A stretch of 64,000 nucleotides of DNA from an uncultured bacterium (GCA_903870365.1 CAIQCQ010000038.1:7478-71477); one strand, 5' to 3'; shown: positions 8,803 to 19,237, numbered from the stretch's first letter. Program-made: numbers and translations. Notes: generated by a model from the letters alone, not told the origin.

Positions 8803-9618
8803 ATGCCTCATTCAAAAGTTATTGCTACAGGTATCATGTGCTTGGCCGTGCTCGGCAGTATCATGATCTATACTAACAGAAACTATCTTTTCAATGGAAG
8901 AAAAGCTATCATCGGTGCGCCACAAGTCACAGTCGATACCACCGCAGGAACATCCATCAGTAACGACGACTGGAAAAAACTCCTCAACATCTCTGTGGCA
9001 AGTAGTGGCCCTATAGAAATTATTGGTCAACCAGCAACAACCGATGATACAAACAATATCACCGCCCAACTGTCTAAAAACTTTTTTACTCTCTACCTCC
9101 AAGACCAGAAAAATGGCGTGGCCATTGATCAAAACGAAGCAGACAAGATTGCTCAAGAGGCGATAAGTGGGATTAGTGTTCTACCAAATACCAAAACATA
9201 CGGCACAAATGACATACGGATTACCGCTGACACGAGTACTGCCTCAAAAATACAATACGAGACGGCTATGGCCCACACACTGACAAACAGTACACTTCAA
9301 AACAAACAAAATGAAATTGCCATCCTATCTACGGCAACAAAAAGTCAAAACCAAACAGATTTAGATAAACTTGATCCAATCATTGCAGGATACCAAAAAT
9401 TAATCCACGAGACACTACTCGTAACAGTACCTGCAGATAATGTTGGAACACATTTGGTCTATCTTAATGCACTTAGTGCAATACTTTCTGATATTAACGG
9501 TCTCAAACAACTACTCAATGATCCTGTCGCGGGATATGTCGCATTTACTTTGTATCAAAAAGACGTCACCAAACTTGGATTAGTGAGTAAAACAATGAAT
9601 ACATACTTTGGTCGCTAA
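8803..9618 (+). CDS. Membrane-anchored hypothetical protein, first gene of T4SS-like cluster
   Basis: 271-aa ORF, N-terminal TM, helical C-terminus. Confidence 0.7.
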   Translation: MPHSKVIATGIMCLAVLGSIMIYTNRNYLFNGRKAIIGAPQVTVDTTAGTSISNDDWKKLLNISVASSGPIEIIGQPATTDDTNNITAQLSKNFFTLYLQDQKNGVAIDQNEADKIAQEAISGISVLPNTKTYGTNDIRITADTSTASKIQYETAMAHTLTNSTLQNKQNEIAILSTATKSQNQTDLDKLDPIIAGYQKLIHETLLVTVPADNVGTHLVYLNALSAILSDINGLKQLLNDPVAGYVAFTLYQKDVTKLGLVSKTMNTYFGR

Positions 9619-9697
9619 CATATACAAATAGATACACACTGTTTTCAACAGACATACGGGTAGATATTGCCTTTTTGTTATATACTTTAGTCAAAGT

Positions 9698-11482
9698 ATG
9701 TCTTTTAGAAAAAATATCTTTCATAGAAAAAATTTTTCAAAAATCTTGTCAAGTTTTTTGATTATTGTACTACTCGTGCCGACAGTTTTTTTGGCTATTC
9801 CTGCAAAACAAGCTGATGCGATTTCTGGTATTGGTGATATCACGTTCGACCCTTCAAATTTTTTCCAAAACACCATCACTGCAATAGCAACCCCAGTCAG
9901 TGCAGGTGCCAACACAACCAGTGCAGTCCAACAAACATCTTTTAATCTGAAGGTCTTTCTCCTTGATGGTATCGCCACTGCTCTCGCTCGAGGTATCGTC
10001 CAGCAGATCACTGCTCAAGCCGTCAATTGGATCAATACAGGTTTTAATGGTAACCCAGCATTTATCACCGACCCAGGACAATTTTTCGAAAATATTGGCG
10101 ACAAAACTGTGGTCAATGCCCTTGGTAGTAGTGCGGGATCAGCTGGTGGTACACTCCTCCGACAGATCTGTAGTCCATTTCAACCTCAAATCCGGTTGGC
10201 CCTGGTCACTCAGTACCTTCAGGACAGTAACAATCAGATCGGCCAGTGCTCTATTCAACAAAGTATTAAAAATTATGATGCATTTACTCAAAACTTTGAA
10301 AATGGTGGTTGGGAAGGTTGGTTTTCTGTCACCCAAAACATGCAGAACAACCCATATGGGGCATATATTGAAGCACAAAACAGCCTAACACTCAGTATTC
10401 AAAACCAAAATCAGAAATACCAGGACCAATTGACCCAGGGTAAAGGATTTTTGTCATATGAAAAATGTACCAATACCACTGCAGCAGGAAACAACAACCA
10501 AGATTTTGCTGACTGTATAAATAGCGGTGAAGACGAGGCTTACTGTACTGAAACATATCCCACAACACCAGATACCAATAGTTGTAAAACCGTCACTCCT
10601 GGCAGTGTCATCAGTGACCAACTTGGTAAAGTCCTTGGTTCAACAGTCGACGAACTCAATCTCACTAACTCTATCAATCAAGTGGTCAGTGCCCTCATGA
10701 CACAAGGGATCAAGAGTATATTTGGTGGTATACAAGACGGTCTCCGTGGCCTCAGTGAATCTGGTCAAAACAACAATGCATCACTCGTTTCCCAACTCAT
10801 GGCAGGATCATCAGCCTCAAACACACAAAATAGTTCTACATTAGCAGGTATACAGAGTAATGTACCAACTTCACTCAGTGGTTTGACCAGTGGCAGTGCA
10901 GACACTAGTGGCTTTCTCCCAAGTATTGATGAAGCAGCTATTCAAAATGAAATTAAACAACAAGCGGCCGCTCTCCAGGCTCAGGCCACAGCCAGTGCAA
11001 ATGCAACAAGTACTGGTGTGGGTACAGTCAGTTCAAACACCGGCACCTGTACATATGTCACTGCAAAAAATGCACAAACCACCAGTACCACTATGTCACC
11101 TCCAGATTGTGCAAACGTTAATGGTACTTGGACACCAAACACCAGCACAACAAACAGTACAGGTGGCACTACATCGACCAGTGCATCCGTCTGTACTAAC
11201 ACCACCAACACTACACCGATCAATATCACCGGCATCCAGGGCTACAGTGCAGATACCAAAACATATACATCTACTATATATGCCAACAGTTACATGATTG
11301 TGTACGGTACTGGCTTTAACCCAGCCTGTGACACAGTGGCTGTGGGAAACACTGCATACACACCAACATATGTCAGTAGTACCCAACTCAATGTCCTGCT
11401 CGGGACAGCCACAGGTACAGTTGGTGTCCAAGTCTCATCTGCTTCGGCCAAATCAAATGCACTGCCGGTGACGATCCAGTAA
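9698..11482 (+). CDS. Secreted T4SS-cluster protein with Thr/Ser-rich linker and C-terminal IPT/TIG-like domain
   Basis: Signal peptide; paired Cys; MIVYGTGFN...YVSSTQLNV typical of IPT/TIG. Confidence 0.65.
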   Translation: MSFRKNIFHRKNFSKILSSFLIIVLLVPTVFLAIPAKQADAISGIGDITFDPSNFFQNTITAIATPVSAGANTTSAVQQTSFNLKVFLLDGIATALARGIVQQITAQAVNWINTGFNGNPAFITDPGQFFENIGDKTVVNALGSSAGSAGGTLLRQICSPFQPQIRLALVTQYLQDSNNQIGQCSIQQSIKNYDAFTQNFENGGWEGWFSVTQNMQNNPYGAYIEAQNSLTLSIQNQNQKYQDQLTQGKGFLSYEKCTNTTAAGNNNQDFADCINSGEDEAYCTETYPTTPDTNSCKTVTPGSVISDQLGKVLGSTVDELNLTNSINQVVSALMTQGIKSIFGGIQDGLRGLSESGQNNNASLVSQLMAGSSASNTQNSSTLAGIQSNVPTSLSGLTSGSADTSGFLPSIDEAAIQNEIKQQAAALQAQATASANATSTGVGTVSSNTGTCTYVTAKNAQTTSTTMSPPDCANVNGTWTPNTSTTNSTGGTTSTSASVCTNTTNTTPINITGIQGYSADTKTYTSTIYANSYMIVYGTGFNPACDTVAVGNTAYTPTYVSSTQLNVLLGTATGTVGVQVSSASAKSNALPVTIQ

Positions 11483-11509
11483 ACGAACACCTCACCCACT
11501 CACAATATT

Positions 11510-13732
11510 ATGAAAAAGTTTATCACTAACATCACAAAAAAGTTTTCCTCCCCGCGCTTTTTGTCTGGGGTGTTGATGGTAGGGATGATGGTTGTTGTGT
11601 GTATGCCGATAGGTGTATATGCGGATCCATTGGGAACTTGTACTCTTGCGAGTGGCAACAATATGCCCAACCTCGTAACACTAACTGATTGTAATACTTT
11701 TCGTGCAGACGATATTAAAAATGGAAAAACTGGAGGTGGTTGGGTAGCAGATACAGGAGGAGCACAAGGTAATTCAGTCACCCCAGGAAATGCACCAAAA
11801 CCGTCATCATCAATAATACAGGATGTTGCAGAAGGTGCCATAAACACAATCATAGGTAACTTACTTATAGTGGTGATGGCTCTTATATCAGGACTTCTTG
11901 GTCTTGCAGGTCTTGTTTTGGACTATGTTATAAAACTAAGTGTTACAGATCTTGCAAGTAATATTAATAGTATTGCCGGTATCAATGTAGCATGGAGACT
12001 CATTCGTGATCTATGTAACATGTCTTTTATATTTATTCTCCTCTACTACGCCATCATGATGGTATTTGGACAAAAAGATGCGCGTAAAATCATTGTGCCC
12101 ATCATTATTGCCGCACTCCTCATTAATTTTAGTCTGTTTTTTACTAAAATAATTATTGATGCATCAAATATTATTACAGTGTCTTTTTATAATTCTATTT
12201 CTCAAGCAACAGGACCATCAATAGTTCTTGGAGTAAACAACACCAACACCTTTTCCGGGGCTTTTATGAAATCACTCAATCTAAGCAGTATATACTCTTC
12301 TAGTATAAAAGTTCCAGCAGGAAACTCTGGTGTATATATTACTCAAATTATCGGTAGTGCATTATTTATGCTAATTGCTTGTTTTATTTTTCTTGCAATG
12401 GCGGTTCTTTTTATCATTCGTTACCTCACATTTATTTTACTCCTTATCATGTCACCGTTCGGATATGTTGCTTCTGCTATTCCAGGATTAAACGGTCTTT
12501 CAAAAAAATATTGGGAGACACTCACAGGTCAAGCACTTTTTGCTCCGATATTTATGATTATGATTTGGATTACACTGACTTTGGCTAGTAGTTTTACAAT
12601 GGCAACGGGAACAAGTGCAGCAAGTCTTGGTGCTGCTTTTTCCAACCCATCATCAACCACAATCGGAACAATGGTAAATTTCATTTTACTTGCAGGACTA
12701 CTCATATATTCACTTATTATTTCAAAAAGCTATGCAACTCAGGGGGGAATTGTTAGTGGAAAAATAGTCGGGGCGGGAATGGGTATGGCTGGAGGGGCGT
12801 TGTTTGGAGGCGCTTCATACCTAGGCACACGTAGTTTTGGAAAACTTGGAACAATGGCGGCTAACAATGATAGCCTGCGAGAAGCTGCGAGTAAAAAAGG
12901 TGTTGCCGGATCCATGGCAAGACTTAGCCTTAAAACTGCTCAAACTGCACAATCATCGTCCTTTGATGCTCGAAATATATCCGGTTTTGGAAAAGCAACT
13001 GATTTTATAGGGGCTGGTAGTTTTGGTAAAAAGGGTAATGCTCCAAAAGGGTATAAGGGTGTGTTGGATGACAAACAAAAAGCTTACAACGAAGCGGATA
13101 AAAAACGTGCAGAGGGGCTAAAGGTGACTGACACAGTGGCTGATGAAGCAAAGAAAAAACTTGATAAAGAAAAAACACTTAAAGAAGAAAACGCCAAAAA
13201 CTTAGACAATGAAATTGATCTTAAGAAGAAACAAAATAATGATTTAACTCAAGAAATCACAAATCTAGAAAAAGATTTGAAAAAGGCCGTTACCCCAAGA
13301 AAAAGAGCCCGAAACAAAGGAGAAATTTATAGACTACAGACAGTTTTAGAAGACAAAAGATCTACAATTTCAGAATCAAGAGAAAAATTAGCTCAAATAG
13401 AGAAAAATAAAACAAACTTGGATACCGATTTCAATGCTCGTGAAGATATTAAAAAACTTATAAAAGATTCTGGTGGAGATAAAGATAAAAAAATATCAAG
13501 TACAAGTGACGATAGAATAAATTCATATGCTAATACTGTTGGTGATCAAAAAACACGAAATTTTGTCATATTTAATCCTGAATTTAATAAAGAAAGAGCA
13601 CGAAAGATACGTAAACTTGCAAAAACAAAATCAACAAAAGAAACACTTGAAGAGCTTCTCAAAGAAAATGGTGATATAAAAAAAGATGATAAAAAAGAAG
13701 AGACACCTGTAGCAGAACCAAAAACAACATAG
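11510..13732 (+). CDS. Polytopic membrane protein, VirB6/TrbL-like, with C-terminal coiled coil
   Basis: WRLIRDLCN, ALLINFSLFFTKIIIDASN, multiple TMs, Gly/Ala-rich then Lys/Glu-rich tail; cluster context. Confidence 0.65.
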   Translation: MKKFITNITKKFSSPRFLSGVLMVGMMVVVCMPIGVYADPLGTCTLASGNNMPNLVTLTDCNTFRADDIKNGKTGGGWVADTGGAQGNSVTPGNAPKPSSSIIQDVAEGAINTIIGNLLIVVMALISGLLGLAGLVLDYVIKLSVTDLASNINSIAGINVAWRLIRDLCNMSFIFILLYYAIMMVFGQKDARKIIVPIIIAALLINFSLFFTKIIIDASNIITVSFYNSISQATGPSIVLGVNNTNTFSGAFMKSLNLSSIYSSSIKVPAGNSGVYITQIIGSALFMLIACFIFLAMAVLFIIRYLTFILLLIMSPFGYVASAIPGLNGLSKKYWETLTGQALFAPIFMIMIWITLTLASSFTMATGTSAASLGAAFSNPSSTTIGTMVNFILLAGLLIYSLIISKSYATQGGIVSGKIVGAGMGMAGGALFGGASYLGTRSFGKLGTMAANNDSLREAASKKGVAGSMARLSLKTAQTAQSSSFDARNISGFGKATDFIGAGSFGKKGNAPKGYKGVLDDKQKAYNEADKKRAEGLKVTDTVADEAKKKLDKEKTLKEENAKNLDNEIDLKKKQNNDLTQEITNLEKDLKKAVTPRKRARNKGEIYRLQTVLEDKRSTISESREKLAQIEKNKTNLDTDFNAREDIKKLIKDSGGDKDKKISSTSDDRINSYANTVGDQKTRNFVIFNPEFNKERARKIRKLAKTKSTKETLEELLKENGDIKKDDKKEETPVAEPKTT

Positions 13733-13734
13733 AC

Positions 13735-14592
13735 ATGGATGAATCAACACAAGAGATAAAAGAATATATCGATAAACTCCCAAAACCACTCCAACAAGCG
13801 GTGCTTGGACAGGACTGGCACAAACGATTAGCTGAGATTAGTCAGAAATATTCACTACACCTGGACCAGATTTCATCACTGGAATACGAAGTGTTGTTTG
13901 TCATGATTGGTATGGAACCAGAAACAGATTTGGTGTCCAACATTCAAACAGAATTGGCAGTATCAAAAATCCTCGCTGAACAACTGGCAGGGGATATTAA
14001 TGTGCGAATTTTTCAATTTATTATGAAGTCGTTGGAAGAAAAAACGCCAGAGAAAGTAGAAAGGTTTGTGGAGTCGAGTAACGAGATAAGAGATACAAAT
14101 AAGGAGAAAGAAAATATACAAATACCCGAACAAGAAGATTTACCATCATTTCCACCTGTGGTGAGTGTACCAGCATCAGTGACTATACCGAGTCCACAAG
14201 TCATTGCGGTACCACAACAAACTATTCAAAAGGAAATTATTCCTATGGCTATGGAGACTCCACATCAAAAAATTACTGAACCACCAGTGAATTTGCCGGG
14301 GGAGGAAATAGTAGATGGAATAAAGAATGACGAATTAAGAATTACGAATAATGGGGAGGAGAACAGAATCTCGAATCTAGAAGCTGGAATTAAGAATGAT
14401 GTTATTGAAAATACTGTTCCATTCGTAATTCGTAATTCTGACATCGTAATTCCACAAAAATCATCCCTCGCTGACACCAAACTCAACTCCATTGTTACCT
14501 CTACGAGTGAGACTGTGGTTAAAGAAACACCTGCTCCTACACCAATTGTAAAAAGTTATGCGAGTGATCCATATAGGGAAGCGATAGAATAA
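13735..14592 (+). CDS. Hypothetical protein ending DPYRE, carrying an in-frame heptamer-repeat insert
   Basis: Helical N-terminus, Pro/Glu-rich linker, C-terminal YASDPYREAIE. Confidence 0.7.
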   Translation: MDESTQEIKEYIDKLPKPLQQAVLGQDWHKRLAEISQKYSLHLDQISSLEYEVLFVMIGMEPETDLVSNIQTELAVSKILAEQLAGDINVRIFQFIMKSLEEKTPEKVERFVESSNEIRDTNKEKENIQIPEQEDLPSFPPVVSVPASVTIPSPQVIAVPQQTIQKEIIPMAMETPHQKITEPPVNLPGEEIVDGIKNDELRITNNGEENRISNLEAGIKNDVIENTVPFVIRNSDIVIPQKSSLADTKLNSIVTSTSETVVKETPAPTPIVKSYASDPYREAIE

Positions 14593-14716
14593 GGGAGTGA
14601 AGCTAGAATCTAGAAGATTGAAATACCTAGAATAGAGTAGGATGGATTCCGGATCCCTAGGTAGTAGAGTAAAACTCACTACGAGAAAAGCGAGTCTAGA
14701 ATGATGAAAAGATGCA

Positions 14717-15241
14717 ATGAAAAAAGAAATTCTGCCGATTCAAATTATTGAAAACAAAATATATATTATTCGTGGTCTAAAAGTTATGCTGGATAGTGAT
14801 TTGGCACATCTCTATATGGTCAAACCTATTGCATTACGACAACAAGTTAAAAGAAACAAAGAAAGGTTTCCTGGTGACTTTGTATTCCAACTGACAAAAG
14901 AAGAGGCTCACATCCTGGTATCACAAAATGTGATACCTAATAGTCGCTACTTTGGGGGATCATTACCCTATGCATTCACTGAACATGGAGTTGCCATGCT
15001 CTCTTCTGTACTTAAAAGTAAGCGGGCAATAGAAATCAACATTTTGATCATCCGTGCTTTTGTAAAAATTCGTGAAATGTTGTCTGTCCACAAAGATATT
15101 GTTTCAGCCATTGAAAAACTGCAGCGAGAACAGGCTGATCAAAAAGGGCATATAATAGCCATCGTACAAGCAATCAATAAACTACTTGCACCACCAAAAG
15201 AAAAGAGGAAGAATACAATTGGTTTTCGGACGAGAGAGTAG
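14717..15241 (+). CDS. ORF6N (KilA-N-like) DNA-binding domain protein
   Basis: IRGLKVMLDSDLAHLY, QQVKRNKERFPGDFVFQL, LPYAFTEHGVAMLSSVL, IGF terminus. Confidence 0.9.
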   Translation: MKKEILPIQIIENKIYIIRGLKVMLDSDLAHLYMVKPIALRQQVKRNKERFPGDFVFQLTKEEAHILVSQNVIPNSRYFGGSLPYAFTEHGVAMLSSVLKSKRAIEINILIIRAFVKIREMLSVHKDIVSAIEKLQREQADQKGHIIAIVQAINKLLAPPKEKRKNTIGFRTRE

Positions 15242-15253
15242 TAACATATACCT

Positions 15254-15688
15254 ATGCGTTTTCAAGTTCCACAATTTATTGAAATAGAGGACAAAGTTAT
15301 TGGCCCACTAACCATCAAACAATTTGTTTACCTTGCTGGTGGTGCGGGCATGGCTTTTGTGGCATATACATTTCTCCCTGGATTTATCGCTCTGTTTGTT
15401 ATTGCGGGCATCATTGGTTTGGCTCTTGCTTTAGCTTTTTATAAAGTAAACAACAAACCATTCATTGATATGCTCGAGTCTGCGTTTGGTTTTTACACTG
15501 GAGAAAAACTATACATCTGGAAAAAAGTAGATAAAAAAATAATTCCAAAAGAACAAGCGACCGGACAAGAAGAACTTCGTGAGGTATACGTACCTCGTTT
15601 GTCAGATAGTAAATTAAAAGAATTGAGTTGGAGTTTAGATGTAAATGAAAATTTAGGAGGAGGGAAAGAGACAAGAGATAAGAGATAA
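15254..15688 (+). CDS. PrgI family protein (VirB3-like)
   Basis: MRFQVPQFIEIEDKVIGPLTIKQFVYL followed by two TMs. Confidence 0.88.
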   Translation: MRFQVPQFIEIEDKVIGPLTIKQFVYLAGGAGMAFVAYTFLPGFIALFVIAGIIGLALALAFYKVNNKPFIDMLESAFGFYTGEKLYIWKKVDKKIIPKEQATGQEELREVYVPRLSDSKLKELSWSLDVNENLGGGKETRDKR

Positions 15689-15757
15689 GAGATACGAACA
15701 AAAAATATCCTACTCATTTTTCTTATTTCATATCTCTTATCTCAAATCTCATATCTC
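15668..15757. repeat. Empty inverted heptamer-arm element
   Basis: gagacaa-gagataa-gagataa-gagatac ... atctctt-atctcaa-atctcat-atctc. Confidence 0.85.
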
Positions 15758-15777
15758 TATGTTATAATTTACCCACC

Positions 15778-16425
15778 ATGGCCACTAGTGCTCCACAATC
15801 AAAAGCAACACAAGACTTTGTTCCCATCCAAGAAGTACGTGATGGCATCATCACCCTCAAAGACGGGTCTCTTCGTGCAATTCTCCTCGCTTCATCACTC
15901 AACTTTTCTCTCAAATCAGAAGACGAACGCAACGCGATCCTGTTTCAATTTCAAGATTTTCTCAACTCACTCGATTTTCCTGTCCAAATAGCTATCCAGT
16001 CACGTCGATTGGATATTCGACCATATATTGCACTACTCGAAGACCGCTACAAGGAGCAGGTCAATGACCTCATGAAGATACAAACTCAAGAGTACATTGA
16101 GTTCATCAAGAATTTTACTGAAAACACCAACATTATGACCAAAAGTTTTTTTGTTGTCGTACCATACACACCAGCTATTCTCAAAGGGGAGTCACTTACT
16201 AAATTTAATTTTCTTGGTAAACAAACCCAAAGCGAAAAAGCTTCACAAAAAACAGAAAGTTTCGAAGAAAACCGTACACAAATCGAGCAACGTCTCGGGG
16301 TTGTAGAACAAGGTCTCGTCAGCTCTGGTGTTCGTGTCGTCCGTCTTGGTACCGAAGAGGTGATCGAATTATTTTACAAGATTTTCAATCCTGGTGACAC
16401 CGAAAAACCTATCAAATTGAGCTAG
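15778..16425 (+). CDS. VirB4 N-terminal-like (TraC/TrsD-like) protein
   Basis: TQDFVPIQEVRDGII, NFSLKSEDE, FLNSLDFPVQI; lies between prgI and virB4. Confidence 0.75.
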   Translation: MATSAPQSKATQDFVPIQEVRDGIITLKDGSLRAILLASSLNFSLKSEDERNAILFQFQDFLNSLDFPVQIAIQSRRLDIRPYIALLEDRYKEQVNDLMKIQTQEYIEFIKNFTENTNIMTKSFFVVVPYTPAILKGESLTKFNFLGKQTQSEKASQKTESFEENRTQIEQRLGVVEQGLVSSGVRVVRLGTEEVIELFYKIFNPGDTEKPIKLS

Positions 16426-16474
16426 TAAGTTCAATTTGATAGGTTATAGAGATAAGAGATTTGAGAAATGAGAT

Positions 16475-16879
16475 ATGAAAAATCCATCTGATGAAAAAGA
16501 AACAATTAAAAAATTTTCTGATTTATCTGCATGGCAAGAGGGCCACCGTCTTGTAATTCAGGTATACACCATAACAAAATTTTTTCCTAAAGAAGAATTA
16601 TTCGGAATTACAAACCAAATCAGAAGAGCTGTTGTTTCTATTACTTCAAATATTGCGGAGGGTTTTGGTAGAGGAACAAGTCAGGATAGAGTTCATTTTT
16701 ATATTATAGCAATCGGATCACTTAATGAGGTGCAGAATCAGTTGCTTATATCAAAAGATATCGGTTATTTAAATCACACAGAATGGAATGAATTAGAAAA
16801 ACAAGGTATCATTGTACACAAGATACTCAGTGGTTTGATTAGAAAATCCAAATCAAATCTCTTATCTCAAATCTCATAA
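16475..16879 (+). CDS. Four helix bundle protein (23S rRNA intervening-sequence protein / Avd-like)
   Basis: FSDLSAWQ, FPKEELFGITNQIRRAVVSITSNIAEGFGR, GSLNEVQNQL. Confidence 0.93.
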   Translation: MKNPSDEKETIKKFSDLSAWQEGHRLVIQVYTITKFFPKEELFGITNQIRRAVVSITSNIAEGFGRGTSQDRVHFYIIAIGSLNEVQNQLLISKDIGYLNHTEWNELEKQGIIVHKILSGLIRKSKSNLLSQIS

Positions 16880-16889
16880 CTCTATTCAC

Positions 16890-18695
16890 ATGTCCCTACT
16901 CGATTTTTTAAAAAAGAAAGAACCTCTCCAGATCACCTCTATCCTGCCACAGGAAATATACGAGGCGGGCGCTTTGGAGTTGGCTGATGTTATCGCTCCA
17001 TCAGCACTCAAAATCAGTCCAAAAGAACTCAACTTGGGTGAAAAAATCGTCCGATCGTTTTTTGTTATCTCATATCCACGATATCTCAATGAAAGTTGGT
17101 TTGCGCCGATCATTAATTTGGACAAAGTTTTTGATATTTCCATCTATATAGAGCCGATTGAAACAGCCGCTGCACTCAAATCCTTTCAGAAAAAAGTGGC
17201 CGAGGTGCAAAGTCAAATCATGACTCGAGAAGAAAAGGGTTTGGTCCGAAACCCCATGCTCGATACTGCATATCAAGACCTCGAGCAACTTCGTGACAAT
17301 CTCCAGCAAGCCCAGGAGAAGCTTTTTAATGTTGGAGTGTATATCACTATGTATGGCGACAAGACAGAGGAGCTCGACAAAATCGAATCTGAAATCAAAT
17401 CTATCCTCGAAGCCAAGCTCGTGTATGTCAAACCCGCTCTCTTTCAACAAGAGCAAGCCTTTAAAACTGTGATGCCTGTTGCGACCGATCTTCTTGGTGT
17501 CTATAGTAAACTTAATTCTTCACCCCTCTCATCACTCTTTCCTTTTATTTCTTTTGACCTGACTTCTGACAAAGGTATTTTGTACGGCGTCAACCGCCAC
17601 AACTCATCCCTCGTCCTCTTTGATCGTTTTTCTTTGGAAAACTATAACTCTATTACCTTTGCAAAGTCTGGTTCCGGAAAATCATACGCTACCAAGCTGG
17701 AAATCTTGCGAACCCTCATGTTTGATACCTCGGTCATGGTTCTCGACCCAGAAAATGAATATGAGTACATGGCTGAAGCTGTTGGTGGACGACATTTCAA
17801 TATCTCACTCAACTCTGAACACCACATCAACCCCTTTGACCTGCCAATACCGACAGAAGGTGAGTCCTTTGCCAATGTCTTACGATCAAACATCGTCAAC
17901 CTTGTTGGACTCTTTCGTATTATGATGGGAGGTCTCACGCCAGAAGAAGATGCGATCATTGACCGAGCTATCACTGAAACATATGCACTAAAAGACATAA
18001 CTGCTGATTCTGATTTTACCAACACCGAGCCACCACTCCTCTCTGATTTTGAATTGGTGCTCTCTGGTATGGAAGGGGGGGATTCACTGGCTCAACGATT
18101 GACAAAATACACCAAGGGTACTTGGGCTGGTTTTATCAACCGTCCCACAAACATCGACATCAACAAAAAGTTTGTAATTTTTTCTATCCGTGACATGGAA
18201 GACGAGCTCAAGCCGATCGCTATGTATATCATCATGCATTATATCTGGGCAGCTATCCGACGTGACTTGAAAAAACGTCTCCTCGTCATTGATGAAGCCT
18301 GGTGGATGATGAAATCAGAGGACACCGCATCATTCCTCTTGTCACTCGCAAAACGGGGCCGAAAATACTACCTTGGTGTAGCTACTATTACCCAAGACGT
18401 GGATGACTTTTTGAAGTCACCGTACGGTCTACCGATCATCACCAACTCATCTATCCAAGTCTTACTCAAACAATCACCATCATCTGTCGACAAACTACAG
18501 CAAACATTTAACCTGACAGACGAAGAAAAATATTTACTCCTCGAATCAGCTGTGGGGGAGGGTATATTCTTTGCTGGTCTCAAACATGTGGCAATCAAGA
18601 TTATTGCCAGCTACACCGAAGATCAGATCATCACCTCTGATCCAAGCCAGATTTTGGCAATCAAGAAAGCGAAGATGGGATTGGCTAAGAGTTAA
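16890..18695 (+). CDS. virB4: VirB4-like conjugation/T4SS ATPase
   Basis: Walker A AKSGSGKS, LDPENEY, INPFD, Walker B LLVIDEAW, KRGRKY, TQDVDDF. Confidence 0.9.
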   Translation: MSLLDFLKKKEPLQITSILPQEIYEAGALELADVIAPSALKISPKELNLGEKIVRSFFVISYPRYLNESWFAPIINLDKVFDISIYIEPIETAAALKSFQKKVAEVQSQIMTREEKGLVRNPMLDTAYQDLEQLRDNLQQAQEKLFNVGVYITMYGDKTEELDKIESEIKSILEAKLVYVKPALFQQEQAFKTVMPVATDLLGVYSKLNSSPLSSLFPFISFDLTSDKGILYGVNRHNSSLVLFDRFSLENYNSITFAKSGSGKSYATKLEILRTLMFDTSVMVLDPENEYEYMAEAVGGRHFNISLNSEHHINPFDLPIPTEGESFANVLRSNIVNLVGLFRIMMGGLTPEEDAIIDRAITETYALKDITADSDFTNTEPPLLSDFELVLSGMEGGDSLAQRLTKYTKGTWAGFINRPTNIDINKKFVIFSIRDMEDELKPIAMYIIMHYIWAAIRRDLKKRLLVIDEAWWMMKSEDTASFLLSLAKRGRKYYLGVATITQDVDDFLKSPYGLPIITNSSIQVLLKQSPSSVDKLQQTFNLTDEEKYLLLESAVGEGIFFAGLKHVAIKIIASYTEDQIITSDPSQILAIKKAKMGLAKS

Positions 18696-18768
18696 GAGAT
18701 GTGAGACCTGAGAAACGATAGACATCATATATTTTTCTCTTTTCTCTTTTCTCATATCTCTATTCAAC

Positions 18769-19188
18769 ATGGCAGAACAACAATATCAAAAAAGGCCGTT
18801 ACCCCAAGAAAAAGAGCCCGAAACAAAGGAGTTGAGTATTGGCAATTGGATGTTAAAAGGTTCTGTCGCTCTGTTTTTTGATACAACAGGAGCTTTGATA
18901 AATCTCCTACCTGTGGCAGGCCAAATTCTTGAAGAATTTAACGATCTATTTGCTGACGGAGTTTTTTTATTGTGGTTTACCCTTGATGGTGTCAAATACT
19001 CAAAAAACACTATGTTTGGTAGTTTTGTACTGAAATTTATACCTATATTAAATATGCTACCAGAATACACACTTATGATTATCATTATGTATATGAAATC
19101 AAAAAAAGACGCTGCGGTGAGAAAAACTGTCGGTGGTGGCAGTATTGCCCGTACCATTGCAAACCAAAACAAAAGTCCCAACGCATAG
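18769..19188 (+). CDS. Small membrane protein
   Basis: 139 aa with hydrophobic segments, FIPILNMLP. Confidence 0.65.
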   Translation: MAEQQYQKRPLPQEKEPETKELSIGNWMLKGSVALFFDTTGALINLLPVAGQILEEFNDLFADGVFLLWFTLDGVKYSKNTMFGSFVLKFIPILNMLPEYTLMIIIMYMKSKKDAAVRKTVGGGSIARTIANQNKSPNA

Positions 19189-19237
19189 TGTGAACAAAAG
19201 ACAAACACAACACTTTTCTTATGCTAAAATATAATTA

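Noticed and set aside
14717..15241. Prophage suggested by the ORF6N gene
   Set aside because: No structural, terminase or integrase genes nearby; it is an isolated passenger gene.
16475..16879. Diversity-generating retroelement (Avd-like gene plus 43-bp repeat as TR/VR)
   Set aside because: No reverse transcriptase in the window, and the repeat pair is identical with no adenine-specific mismatches.
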